This document shows, piece after piece, positions 12,401 to 24,700 of a stretch of DNA of 64,000 nucleotides. The notes beneath the pieces were generated by a model. That model had not been told where the DNA came from. It saw only the letters and a program-made list of their open reading frames with translations, and did not search any database. The position numbers and the translations under genes were made by a program. Position 1 is the first letter of the stretch, and every line of letters begins with the position of its first letter. This stretch comes from Raillietiella orientalis (taxonomy: Eukaryota). The stretch is taken from assembly GCA_036172245.1 (NCBI GenBank), contig JAYWIR010000016.1:2046001-2110000 (forward strand), in the 5' to 3' direction.

Positions 12401-13601
12401 TACGTTTTACGGCTGTAAAGACACACATTTCAAGTTTACGAACGCAGTCTCACTGCAGTTTTTAAACCTTGCGGTGCGTGCCTGATAAACACCTGTGGGG
12501 CCCAGCTCTGATTTGAGCCGACCCAGTTCATCCTGAAATGGGTTCCACGCAATTACATCGATCCTGCCATTTGGTCATTATTTTCTTGGTCTTACTTCCT
12601 GAAAACCCAGTGAATGAGGGCAAGTACTAAATTGGGTTGTGTTCACTGCGGATGAGGTGATGTAGCAGGGCATTTCCTACGGCATAAGGGACACGACAAC
12701 ACTGCGGAAACACTCTCTGCTCTTTGCAGAGCAAAACCACTCAGCTTACACTAAGGCATTATCAACTTTTGTGCTTCAAACGCATCTAACAAATCTGACT
12801 TGGCTACTAAACTGGGGTTCTGCTGTACAAAAAAACTAACACATAATGCATGATGGACCATTATAAGAAATGGGGCAGACGGCTTATACCTAAGAAAGAA
12901 TTCCCCAAAAACCTGAGATTATAACAGAATTTAAAAAAATTTGAAACTAGTATATTTGCAAATCAAATAGATTTTAACCAAAACTGCTTGAATTCTTGGA
13001 TGAAATCTACTGTAACGCACACAAATTCTTATCAGCTTCAGTAGCTATCAACTCCATATTTCTTTCTCATTTCAAGTACACTTTCAAAATAGCTTACTGT
13101 AATTTTTGAAACTTCATGAAATCTGCAACTATTCAGTTTCTTCTAGCATTATTTTAAAAAATATATATATATATATATATACTCTTAAAGACTTGCAAGA
13201 TCAACCTCAAAGTGCTTCACTTTCCCCTTCATCACTTGGCACCTCTAGTAGCTAGGATGCAAAGCATTCTAATGATAAGTTTAGTGCCATTTTAAGATAT
13301 GAAATAAGCATACTCTGCAAACTAAGTGCAAAACCATTACCTTCTTGATTATACTGTAAACATAATTTCATATGCTGCACTGTTAGATCAATAATCCATA
13401 TCATCACATTGTCAGTAAAATATTACAGTCTTTTTACACCAATTCCTTCACCGATTCCTTTCAGTACTAAATTAGAAAACTGCAGGCATATATGGCGGCT
13501 AAATGTTATTCATGTACTTCCTGACACAAACTTTCATCAAAATTAAAACTATACACTAAAAAGTTGTAGTTGCTCAACAGTACACATTTGTGAAAAACTT
13601 T

Positions 13602-14882
13602 TTAAATCGTGAACTTCCGAAATATGACTTCCAAGAAATGCTGGACACACAGATGAGTGTAGAGATATAAATGGGTAGATACAAGAACAGTGATGACTAA
13701 TCCTGCATAAATTAGGACACAGCAAGTTAGTACCTGAACAACACAATAGCATGTTTTTCCTTCTAGAATTTCCCTTACCCTGATTATTATTGTTCCCATC
13801 TCTGTCTCCCAATGCAACAAACATGTTAAATCAGTGTAACTGAACCATCCCCTCCAGGACCCCCTCTTGAAAGCTATGTGACGCTCAACTGATTGCAGCA
13901 TTTCCAAAAACTGGGAAGGAGTGACAAACAAATCCCAATGCTGGAAAAAAAAGTGAGACTGTGTTGTCAATTTCTGTGACTCACAATAGCATCAAGAAAC
14001 TGCTTTTCCAGCTGATTCAACTGATCAACATCAAGACTAGCAACCAGTGCCCATTCCCCATTGTAAGGGCCTTCCTTTTCACCTTCATCAAATAAAAATT
14101 TGGATGCCACCATCTGTGGAAAAATCAGGATCAAATGTTTACGAACTGTTTGATTACCACAGACACTAAGAACAACTTAGAAGAAGGCACTGAGTACATA
14201 TAATCTCTGCTTATGTTCCTCAATCGGTCCATGTATAAGAAAGCCATCATCACAGAACATGGGCTAATGGTAACCTGATGTGAAACTTCAGCAGCATATT
14301 CAAATGTTATGCTTTCCAACTGCTTTTCAATATTGAACTGTGAAAAGTATTGAACTAACAAACCTAAAAAAGGACTGAAATCAAAAACTTACAGTATGGC
14401 TTATTGTATTTGGATACAAAGTATATTATAAAAAAAAAAAAGGCTCATACATGTCAGATCATGACTACAACCATTTGTTTTTGAATATCTGTCATAATAC
14501 AGAGTTTTCCTCATTCTTTTCCTCATGTCCTCATGATTTGGTAAAAGCTAGAATTACACTCAAATAAAAAATCTCGCAGGAAACGAAATTTAAGCGGATG
14601 AGAACTTCACCACCAAATACAGCCAATGAAACAATAGGATCCACTTGCCTTTTTTGCAGCAACATCTGAATGATGGACTTCATGTTTGATTTTTTCAGGT
14701 ACTGATTTGCAATTCTTCTGTCCACATACATTGGCTACAGTTATGCTGTCTGATAGCTGTTTCGTCAGGGACACAGGTTTTTTCGGATAACTTGAATTTT
14801 TGTAAGTACTTCTTTTGCTCTTGACGTGGCTTTCTTTAGGCGGTACATTGATGTAGCACGTAAGAACGCCTAAATCGATCAT
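13602..14882 (-). CDS. CNPPD1: CNPPD1 (cyclin Pas1/PHO80 domain-containing protein 1)
   Basis: Exons 14547-14451, 14363-14158, 14113-13985, 13940-13779 and 13733-13602, plus a tentative first exon 14882-14649. They splice to LPNHEDMRKRMRKTLYY...ISPCSVMMAFLYMDRLR...SSKLFLVSV-MVASKFLFDEGE...EW...LNQLEKQFLDAI-HWDLFV...RGWFSYTDL, the CNPPD1 signature. The start and extreme 3' end are less certain. Confidence 0.9.
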
Positions 14883-16149
14883 CTTCAAGATGTTTGGTTC
14901 CCCAACACAACGCACTGCAACAACAAATTCACCGTTAGTCGATCAAGAATGGTCACTGTTATGACACCCTCCGGACAGTTAGACATTCAATTCGCAACAC
15001 ACCACAACACCAGTATGCGAACAACACGCACGACCACCACCACCACCACTTGCTCGCAATGAGTGTACACCGCAGCATCCCAAGTGCGACACGAACATCG
15101 CGCCGTCCTTGGTGCCCTTTGGAGATCACGTGCGGAATGCGCGCGCCGCCCCAACACGCGCGGACATGGCAAGCCAACCGCTTCAGCATTTGTCTTCGGA
15201 GAATCAGGGGAGCCTACGTGATTTGTTTTTGTTTTTCCTTTTCCTTTCATAACAGAAGTTTACACGTGAAGGGAAAGCCATACATAAGGCATCCTTCGGT
15301 AAGCAGAGATCCCACAAAAATCGAATTCGCTCCTCTAGCAGTTTGATAGAATGCGTGCATAAAAAACAGCGTAGATCGATCTTCATCGGATTTATACTCG
15401 AATGCACTCAAGAGCCTCGTTACACCATTCTAAGGAGCACAAAGCACCGTGGTAGCGAAAATTCAGGGTGGTGAGCTTTTTTAAAAAAAAAAAAAGACAA
15501 GATGTACTTATTTGTTGGTAAATGAGTGCACCTTATCTTTTTGTGCTGTTGTGCTGTTGGGGGCAATGCTGCATTGAATGGAAGCTGGGAACAGTGCTTG
15601 ATGATTCATCGAGTTTTTTTGCAGGTTTTCGAATTCGTTTGGTGACCCAGCACTTATTAAAACGAAGATATGACTTTCGAAATATTGCAAGAATAAAAAA
15701 AACACACACACACACACATCAGCAAACCTGCAAGTTAGTCGCATCTTACTTTTTCTTGAAAAAAACGCATCAGAGGAATATTGTGAGTCTGGATATGAGA
15801 GGCTCCTTTTCCTAAACGTAAGAAGCTGTGCACTACATTTTGAAGCATATTTTTATGAAGTTCCTTCTTCATGCACTTCATTCTTAGAGATGTCATCGTG
15901 TGCATACTATGGTTTGTTCTTATGGATTACTTATCTGCTAATGCTTCAGTAAACTGAACATTTAGAAATTTCGAAGAAATGAAGACTGCGACACAACTTT
16001 CAAAAAAGTGCATTCAGATCAGTGTACTCTTCACCTGATAAAGTTTTCTCGATCTCAATTTTAGCATCAAACTTTTTCTCAGTTCCCTCATGCCGAACAT
16101 CTTACAAAAAGTAACAAACTGTTCCTGCCTGGTGGAGAAGTTCAGTTGG

Positions 16150-16800
16150 AGATGAAAGATCGAATCGGCCCCCTCCCAGATTGAAAGAAGTTCATTGGCC
16201 ATGAAGGACAAAATTGAAGGATTAAATTATAAGACTGAAGGATTTGTTCACACTACCAAATGGACTCCAACTAATGCACATAACATGCAGACTTTGAAAC
16301 ATAGCATTTCCAGACTGCTATAAGTTTTCCCCAAGCTTGCATTGCTTTTATTCCCTGGACTTTCCATCCACAGAAAAGACGGTTCATGGCAAGCCAGATG
16401 CTATGGATTTACCCCAAGCTTCTCCCAAGGGTGCATCTGAGTTTATCCATTCAAGAAAAAAACACTTCTACAGACACTGTATGTTTTGTAGCACTCCTCA
16501 GTCGGTGTGCTGTTTTATCAGAAGCAAGATCAGGTGCATGGAAGAGCAACTCATACAATTACCCAGGTGATTAGAATCTTTCTATCCAGAAGTATTTCAT
16601 TTTCCATTACATCGTATCATGTCTCTGCTGCAACAAAAATATTTACTTTTGTAACCCAAACAGCACTTCATGGAACAATTACGAAATGACTCTTTTGAGA
16701 CGAGTTACACTGTGCTGCCCCAATAGAGATTTTGCATCTTTTTTTGAAACATTATTACTACCATCGATGAAGCCTTTAACATTTTAGTTTCGTTTTCATC
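16150..16800 (+). mobile_element. Possible decayed CR1/L2-like RT relic
   Basis: Only weak motif echoes (LNYK for NYRP, MDLPQA for LDLSKAF) across stops and frameshifts. Confidence 0.2.
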
Positions 16801-16867
16801 AGCATGCACGCAGAAAGGGCTCGTTTTTGCTTAAAGTCCTTTCTATCCTCGGTCTCATCAGCTAAAA

Positions 16868-16897
16868 TGTGACCACCCCGGAAGCAGGGTGGTCACA
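16868..16897. repeat. Perfect 11-bp inverted repeat with 8-nt loop
   Basis: tgtgaccaccc-cggaagca-gggtggtcaca. Confidence 0.85.
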
Positions 16898-18649
16898 AAT
16901 TCTTGCCTGCATCGTGTTTGCTCCGCATCTTGAAATTTCGACTTGAGCTGCAGTGGCAAATTTGTAGTAATATCATGTGGCATTTTTCGTGTGCAGCTAA
17001 CCCCAATAGCAGCATTGGGAACGTGCGAATCCCTTTATTTCACAGCGAAATTGGAATGGGAACTAGCAGTCATCCAGGAAAGCGGGAGATTCTTCTCAGG
17101 TTAGCTCATGAAGCTATTTTTGTTTTCTTCTTCCTTTCTTTCTTTGATAAATACACTTCCTGAAATAAGCATATGCAGTTGGGTTAGGCAGTTCAGTACG
17201 TAGAAAGTTACATCTCTGAGTATCAGCGAAAACTAGAAGATGACTTTTCTGCTGCGGATACTTTTCATCAAACCGTTGTTTGGTTTCAGAACATCGGAAC
17301 TGCAGTTCGACTTCAATCTCCCAAATATTATCGTAACCAAAGCATTTCGTTTTCAATCCAAAGCATTCATACTTTGGGCGTTGCTGGGAGCAACACAAGT
17401 TTAGCTCAAGTCGAAGCACCAAGTTTAGCTGAAGACTCTGAATCCAGCGCTGAAAGTTTTGGAAATTTGATCTGAAAGTGCAGCTGCAGGACGAAATTTC
17501 AGCACAAAAGCAAGCAGGAGTGGGGGGGAGGGAACCCACTCGGTCTTATGCAGGGTTCCGCAGGCGTTAACCACGTGGATTCGATTGCAGGATTTGCCTC
17601 AAAAAGTGATTGCAGGAAGACCACCATGGAAGGATATCTGAATGAGTTGAGCATTAAAAAAAAAAAAAAAAACTGTCTCCTCCGTTCGACTATGTCCATT
17701 TACTATCTTGTGTGGACATTTGGCAATCGGATCATGACTCAAGGGGCTGGAAGGCATCGCGCACTCACTTCGGTGCCTGTGCTCCCGCCGGAGGCACTCT
17801 GGTCCAGCGACAGGACGGGGAAACGTAGCACAGCTTCGACTGTGATCATATACAATGCTACGTGGAAAAATTTCCATTTACCTAAAATTTCAAACATCGA
17901 TTTTCAAAGTGTTGTTTTTTGGCTTTTTTACTCATGTACGCCATTTACACTTTCGTGAGGAAAAGCCTTTTGTGTGTGTGTGTGTGTGCTTTTCGAAGTT
18001 TGCTACAGTTTATATGATTATCATCAGAATCAAAAACTCCAGCTCGTGCTCTTTAGAGTTTATTTGTATTTTTGTCGAAATCTGTCAAAACAGTTTTCGA
18101 AAACTTATTTTACGATGACTCTACCATAGCGATGGTTTGGAGATTTTCGGTAGGGAGGGGACAAAACCGTACCGAATTCTGTGTGATTTCTCTCTCGCTT
18201 TCTCTCATTGGAGAAAAGTTTCCTTTGAGGATGAAAAATTGCATGAATAAAGATACCGAGCTATCCCCTTGGTTTCCCAAACGAAGGAAATGCCACGACT
18301 TGGGAAAATGGACGTGGCCCAACCAGATTCGACATTCCCAAGTACCAAAAGCCATCCATTTCCAAACCAAGATTAGTAAGGCACCGCCTTGAGTAATAAA
18401 TAAGGAAAACTAAAAAGAAAGCATGACACGGAAAACGTGACCTGAAATCAGACTTGCTAAAGGACGTATGCGGTGGCGTGATGACAAAGGAAAAGGAAAT
18501 TCCCTCAGAAAATCTGGACACAGGGCATCTTCTCATACAAATAGCAGTCCGACTAAAGTATAGAGCGTCGCTTTGTATTCCACGAGGACGAGGTTTCAGT
18601 TTCATGCTACACAGGCTAATGTTACAAAGAGAACACAAGATTCGAGAAT

Positions 18650-19500
18650 CTCGAGCTGCACAGTCAAATCATAGAGATGGAGGAACTAACAGGAGCATCC
18701 CTCTTATCAATTGGATGAGCTTTAAAACGGATAAGTAAATTCCAGGCTTGATAGTCTTCTGGTGAGCTTCAAGCTTGGGAAGTGAGCGTGCCATAAACTT
18801 AGAGCATCCGTCCTCCGCCATCGAATCTCAGCATCCGAATTCTGCGTACATTCTGGACGTCTGCGGTCACGAAAATCCATGAAATGCCGCGGAGAAGTGG
18901 ACACGAACCAGTAGCATCATGTGAATCAGATTTTGCAAACTGGAAAGCAAACAAGCAGAGAAGGATGCGTGCCCGTAGGTTCTCGTAAGAACGGCAATGG
19001 AAGCAGAGCTCAGATACGCCGACAACTTGACTTGCAAAAGGGTGCTGCAGAAGAGTCTTTCTTTCTTTGCCAGCATCCGTAATGAGAGCAACGTGTCAGT
19101 GCACACAGCAGCCCGAACGTTTGAGAGTAGGAAAGCGGTGTCGCTTTAGTGTACACGTAGAGATACGGATTGCTTCGAATGAGATGTGCTCTTTCTGTGC
19201 GCGTGCGTTCGTTTAATAACAGAGCCAGAAGCGTTCTCATTTCACGGCATTGAACAACTGTGATACGGAAGATTACTGTGCAAAGCTCCCAGACTGGCGA
19301 CGTCCACTCGGATTGCCTGAGTAGGTTCCCTCTCACAGTAAGTCGTGATCACAATCCCGTGTAGATCGCAAAAACGGTTTGAAGATTCGGGACGCGCAAA
19401 TAGGAGGAAAGTACTGAATTGTGCCAGGCCGACGTACTTCTTCGTTGAAAGAGGGTCTGTCAGAATGGATCGGGAGCCAAAGTGCAACAACCACTTCGCA
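18650..19500 (-). mobile_element. Decayed Bel/Pao LTR retrotransposon integrase relic
   Basis: Ordered degenerate motifs across frames: LRQSEW...VI...QCR (zinc-binding region), LALLLNER (M.LP.ER), LCLF...IHM.L...FSAAFHGF/RRRP/RMYAE.G (CLF.C..RAIHLE...F..AF.RF..RRG.P..MYSDNG), VPPS. Confidence 0.45.
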
Positions 19501-19651
19501 GGCTCAAGTGTCTTCTCATGAGACATTCATGCGTAATTTAGCGAGGAATCTGTAATATCCTGATATTGGATAGTGGTCAATAGGTAGTGATGCGTTGTTA
19601 CTGCCTATGAATTACATTTACCGGTTTTTTTAATGCATAAAATCCATCTAC

Positions 19652-20683
19652 GATGATGGTGGAAATCCTTGGGTTCTTCTTTTTCTTCTGCCTTCGCTGT
19701 TTATTCCTTCCAGCTTTTTTTTTTTTTTTTTTAAGAGTTTTCTTTTTTTTGGTTCGCTACGTAACCTCAAGAGCCGGTCGCGTGCCTCGCGCCGCACGTG
19801 GCTCTTTTTAAACATTAAACACACGGTTTTGTTTCCACGCCTCTCCGCCTGCGGCAACCCGCAGGGGGGCGTGTAATTCTTCAGCGTAATTCTTCAGGAT
19901 AAGGGACACCCCGGGATGAGGGTCCGCCCTATGAATCCAGGAAGAACTCGGAGTTCGCTCCTCTCACGCTTGGAGAGGGATCCCCCGGAGGGGAGGATCG
20001 CACCTCCCACCCTGGTTGTCTCCGAAGGGGAACCTCGAAGGGAATCTCCTTCCTCATTCCCTCCGGAGGGACACTCCCTGGGAAGGGGGTGGTCCTCTCC
20101 ATTTCAACTTCTCCGAAGGGAACCCGGAAAGGATCCACTAGTAGGAATTTCTTCTCCGGAGGGAGCCCTCAAGGGAACCGCTCCTGTTCACTCCTCTGAA
20201 GAGAACCCCGAAGGGACGCTTCCGAAACTCGGAAGGGGCGCTGCAGCTTCCCGCAGGGGGATCGCTCTCGCTTGCTTCCTTGCACTCTTCTGGAGAGGCG
20301 GCGACTCGGAGGGTCCCCCCGCAACAGAGGGGTCCGCTCCTTTAAACAACTGGAGAGGTCCCTGTGAAGACTCCTGCTCCATCTTAAACCGGAGGGGTCC
20401 CCACGGTGTGGGGGGTCCGCTCTCCGTCGCACGACCGGAGGGGGAACTCCCCACTCCTCGAATCCTGGAAGGACCCGAAGACTCCCGTCGTTCCGTTCTT
20501 CATCGTGGGCCTCCGGTTTGGACCGCTACCGGTGCCGCGCCCGAATGTTTGTAGGCCAACCAGCGCCATCTTGCAGGAGGAACTCGGAGCCCGAAGAAGC
20601 AGTGGCGTCGGTCTCTGCCGGAGTATTCGAACCCGCGACGCATGGTACCACGCGCGGAAGCCTTAACCACAATCCATCTACCA
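19652..20683 (-). mobile_element. tRNA-headed SINE-like element with internal hairpin array, copy 2
   Basis: The minus-strand head GTGGTTAAGGC..TCCGCGCGTGGTACCA..GGGTTCGAATAC shares TCCGCGCGTGGTACCA and the B box with copy 1, and the hairpin modules are the same type. An 11-bp direct repeat AATCCATCTAC sits at 19641-19651 and 20671-20681. Confidence 0.7.
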
Positions 20684-21734
20684 TCCTGGGAAAATGCTTT
20701 AGTCGATCTACAAATGCTCGATTCAGTTCCTTTTTAGAAAGTTCGAATAACGCTACCGCTCATTTAGGTTAGCTATCTTGTCCAAATGTGCAACAAATCG
20801 GAATGTAGTAGCTCATGGTATTAAAAATGTGTTTCCAGATGCCTTTAAAAACCTCCTGCGACTGACACGAAGATGTCGATGGCGCCGGAAGTAAAGCACC
20901 CATGAGAAACATGTCAAGACACAGAAACCACTGAACGGTCAGACTTCTGAAGTCTCGGTCCGCAGCCGGGCGCCCAAGTCAACACTTGCTTTCGAACACC
21001 GCCAACGGCCACACGCAAGGAATGTGTTGGTGTACAAACACGAGCAAGGAGCACACGATCGGCGCCTACCTGTTGGTTTGAAATTCGCACTTTCGGAGGA
21101 TTCATGGCACAAACAGAATGCAAAGTGGGATGCCACGCGTGTGTGTGTTTTATTCGACTTTTACGATGATGCATACCTTATCCCACGGGACACCGGAGCG
21201 AGGGAACTTCTTGCAAGGCAAACCAAATGAAGAACGCCTGCACATCTGGAAAGCACCGTGGTCTCCTGCGGCATCTGCTAATAAGGCAGTTTTGGATGAA
21301 TGTGCTTTTACGACGACGATACCCTTGTAGAGTTCAAGGGAATTGAGGCTGCTATTCGTAGCCGCGGCACGTACCAAATGCAAACAGTAGTGATGCCAAA
21401 GGCTGATCGAAACAATCACTTTTTTTTTTTTAACGATAAAACAGACAAAACCACAGACTGTATAGAAATGACAAAGGAAAATTTATTACACTATCTTTCC
21501 TTTTGTGTAAAATTAGTGTCTACAAGAAAAATAAATATAAATTTTTTTTTTTTTTTTTTGCCAATTTTCCTGTTTCGAAATTTCCGTAGCTGTGGAAACG
21601 ACGTGGTTTTAGCCTTATTGAATCGCGCCTGCTCACTTCCTGGTGATGATCCGGCTGACCCGCGTCTCTCGAAATTTTTTCGGATGCATGAGATCTGGAT
21701 CCAAAGATCCCCAGAACATGACACAGAGAACTGC

Positions 21735-24700
21735 TTATTTTCTAATGTGTTCCGCAATCACTTCCATATCTTCTTTCCCTTTAGGTATGTACAACGTCGC
21801 GCAGGCGTGTTCCCAAATTTCCTGCGGATACTGCTGCTCGACTGACCACTTTCCATTTTCCAAATCGTATGATTCAATCACACCTATTAAAGCACTGAAC
21901 TGCAACTGAAGAGCAATGTTTATCTTACGGGATGCACGATCAAAGACGCCATCACTGTGGAATCCACCAATGATGTACAGCTTGTAGTCGATAATGATGA
22001 TGCCAGCATGATACCGAGGCGTGGGAACGTATGTCACATGCTCCCAGCAATTCGAAAACGTATCATAGACAATTACGGAGTCAGCAAGGACACGATTTCC
22101 TGAAAGAAAACGAATCAATACATACCAACCCAATGGAAAGATCTCTGGACTGAATGCCAAAATTGATGCAGAATTCTGAACGCTGGCGGCCTTCTCTCTC
22201 ATGCTCGCCCGGAAACTCACAAGGGAAGCTGATTAGCGGCAAAAAGGCACAGGTCACAAAGATATAAAGACCATGCATATACTAGGACGATTAAGGAGGA
22301 GAACCTGGGCATCCGCTGACCTTCGAAGGTCGTTCGGCATGGGCATTAATGCTTCTGAACGTAAGCCGAACTCCGATTTTACGCGAGTACCCGGCAGGCC
22401 GTTCACCGGAGCCGCTTGCAGGAACTCTGGATTTTTACCTTTGGGGATAGGTTCAATCTCTGGAAAACATAACCTTCGCCCTCGTCCAGGAAATTTTCTT
22501 CTAATTAGGAAGCAGATTCCCTCCCATTTTTGTTCTGAATATCCAGCACATCCTCCAAAGCTCTAAACCTCTAAAGATGCTTAGTGCTTAGCATTCCCTT
22601 TACGCCACCATCCACGGCAAAGAAGTTGCATAGTCCACAGCAATAGGTTTACATGACGGAAGCCCAGTTTGATCTCAAGATGCAAATTTCGAAGACTCGC
22701 TGATAGAGGTTTAGTGATCTCAGCATACACGAAGACTTCTGCTTTCATTCATTCACTTTCATAATCATCCGCATTTTTTTTTTAAGAACTGATCACCCAA
22801 AGTAAATAATACCCATAAGGGCAAAGCTGCAAACCCACGAATCCTGGAGAAAGAACCGCAAGGATGGATACGTGGTTTATTACCTCCATCCATAAATGAA
22901 AAGTAGCACATGAATGTGAATGCACGCGTACATGTACGCACGTATGCCCGTTACGTGTGGACGGAGGTGCCACTGCAAGCCACCACTGATTAACCACGCA
23001 TCCACATCACATCGCGCAATACACACGGAGATGCACTACGTATGCTATACGAAAAAAAAATTATTCTGACTGACGTGTGAGACGTACACAAAAATGACCA
23101 TGTACACACTTCAAAAAACATCGAAGTTCGCATTCAAGAGGGTCAAGGGTCACACAGAACCAAGTCTTTTACACAAGGAGAAGAAGTAAAGCATGCCTAG
23201 GAATGATTTCGCGGGCAGCTTCCAAGAGTGAAACCATTTGCTCGGTGCGTGCACACTTCAAAGTATTATCGCGTATACAGTATTTGCGTAGAATGGACGT
23301 GGTCCATTATACGCAATAGGAATCCGAAATAATTCCGGTGTTCAAGTCCTCAAGCAATCGCACCCGTGTCAGGCATGCTTTTCCTACCTAAATAGTGCAA
23401 TCAAAATTAAATGTGCTGTGGTAGTACGTAAAATTAAATTTTCTTTCCTCACTGACGCTCGCCTTTTATTAACTTATTAGAAATCAATTATCAAACAAGA
23501 GGATGCTTCAAAATCTATCAAGAATTTGCCAATCGCCAAGATGCACAAAAAATGGAGATCAGAATCAGCATCCAGAAATTCTGTAAGACGGCATGTTACA
23601 GCTTTGCAGCTTCACAGTATGAGCGCTTCACAGATCTCATGAAACTATTCGATTCGGAGTCACCTTTTCCGACGAGCCCGTCTACATGATCATAAGATGC
23701 ACAACAACTAAACCTACATCATCCACGACAATTTAACCTTGCGTCTCGTCATCATCCTTCTTCCTGAAAATGGCGAGGGCATGTTAAAGTGACCCAGGAC
23801 CAGCTGCACCCGTGTTCCAACAGTCCGGATGAAGTCTACGTAAGCGAATTCTAATGGAATACCAGCATCTTCTCAACTGGAAAGACACCAAGAAGAATTC
23901 AGCAATGCCATCGAATGATACTGATGGCTTTCGGAACTGACGAGCGGTCACTTTCTCCTCAAGGTCGAGCTGCTTCGAGTCGGTTCATCAGCGACTTCTT
24001 TCTTGATTCGCCTCCGGGTTCCAGCAGTACACATTTTTCAATTACAAAAATCCAAAGTCAGCCGATTCTCAGTGAATGCAGAAGGCATTGATTTTCCTTT
24101 CAAAACATCGAGTCGTCACCTAATTTCTTTTTAGTCGCCTCCCTCAAAGCGCATACGAATATTTCCGCGGGTCGCATCGCTCTCGCCACGTTTCCCTTTT
24201 CATTCTTTTGAATCAGAAAGAACACAAATGCTTTCCAAGCTCTATGCTCCGAAACCTCTTCCCACGACTCCATTTACTAGGTGCACTGCTATTTTCTAGG
24301 GGTTTTTTTGTCTTCTTTTTTCTTACTGGGCACCATTGCCAAAGGCTACGCGAATGCCCACGGGATTTACTCCCGTTCCCTCAAATTTGCTATATGTATA
24401 AAGAAAAGTCTACAGAATCACCTGCTACTTTATCTACAGCTCTCGCAAAGGACTTGGCATATTTCCGCTTCACATCCATGAATTCGGATATGATGCTCTG
24501 TGAAGGGCTTCTAAAGTTTCCTCGTTCCGAGGTCAACCTCGATTCACGCATTCAATTTTTAAGCTCGCTGAAAATTCTATGAGAATGATTAAGTATTCCC
24601 GATGCTGCCTTTCAATGGGCCTCTCATCTCCAACAAAAATGCTTTCAAGCAGCGATGTGTGGGTATTCGCGTCCAAAGTCTCATTGACTCGGAGGTTTCT

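Noticed and set aside
19916..20554. 212-aa ORF inside hairpin element copy 2
   Set aside because: The frame is not preserved in copy 1 and the Pro/Gly/Glu/Arg composition follows from the GC-rich repeat.
20880..21420. Possible Penelope-like RT relic (FYDD)
   Set aside because: Only one or two weak motif echoes, which cannot support a call.
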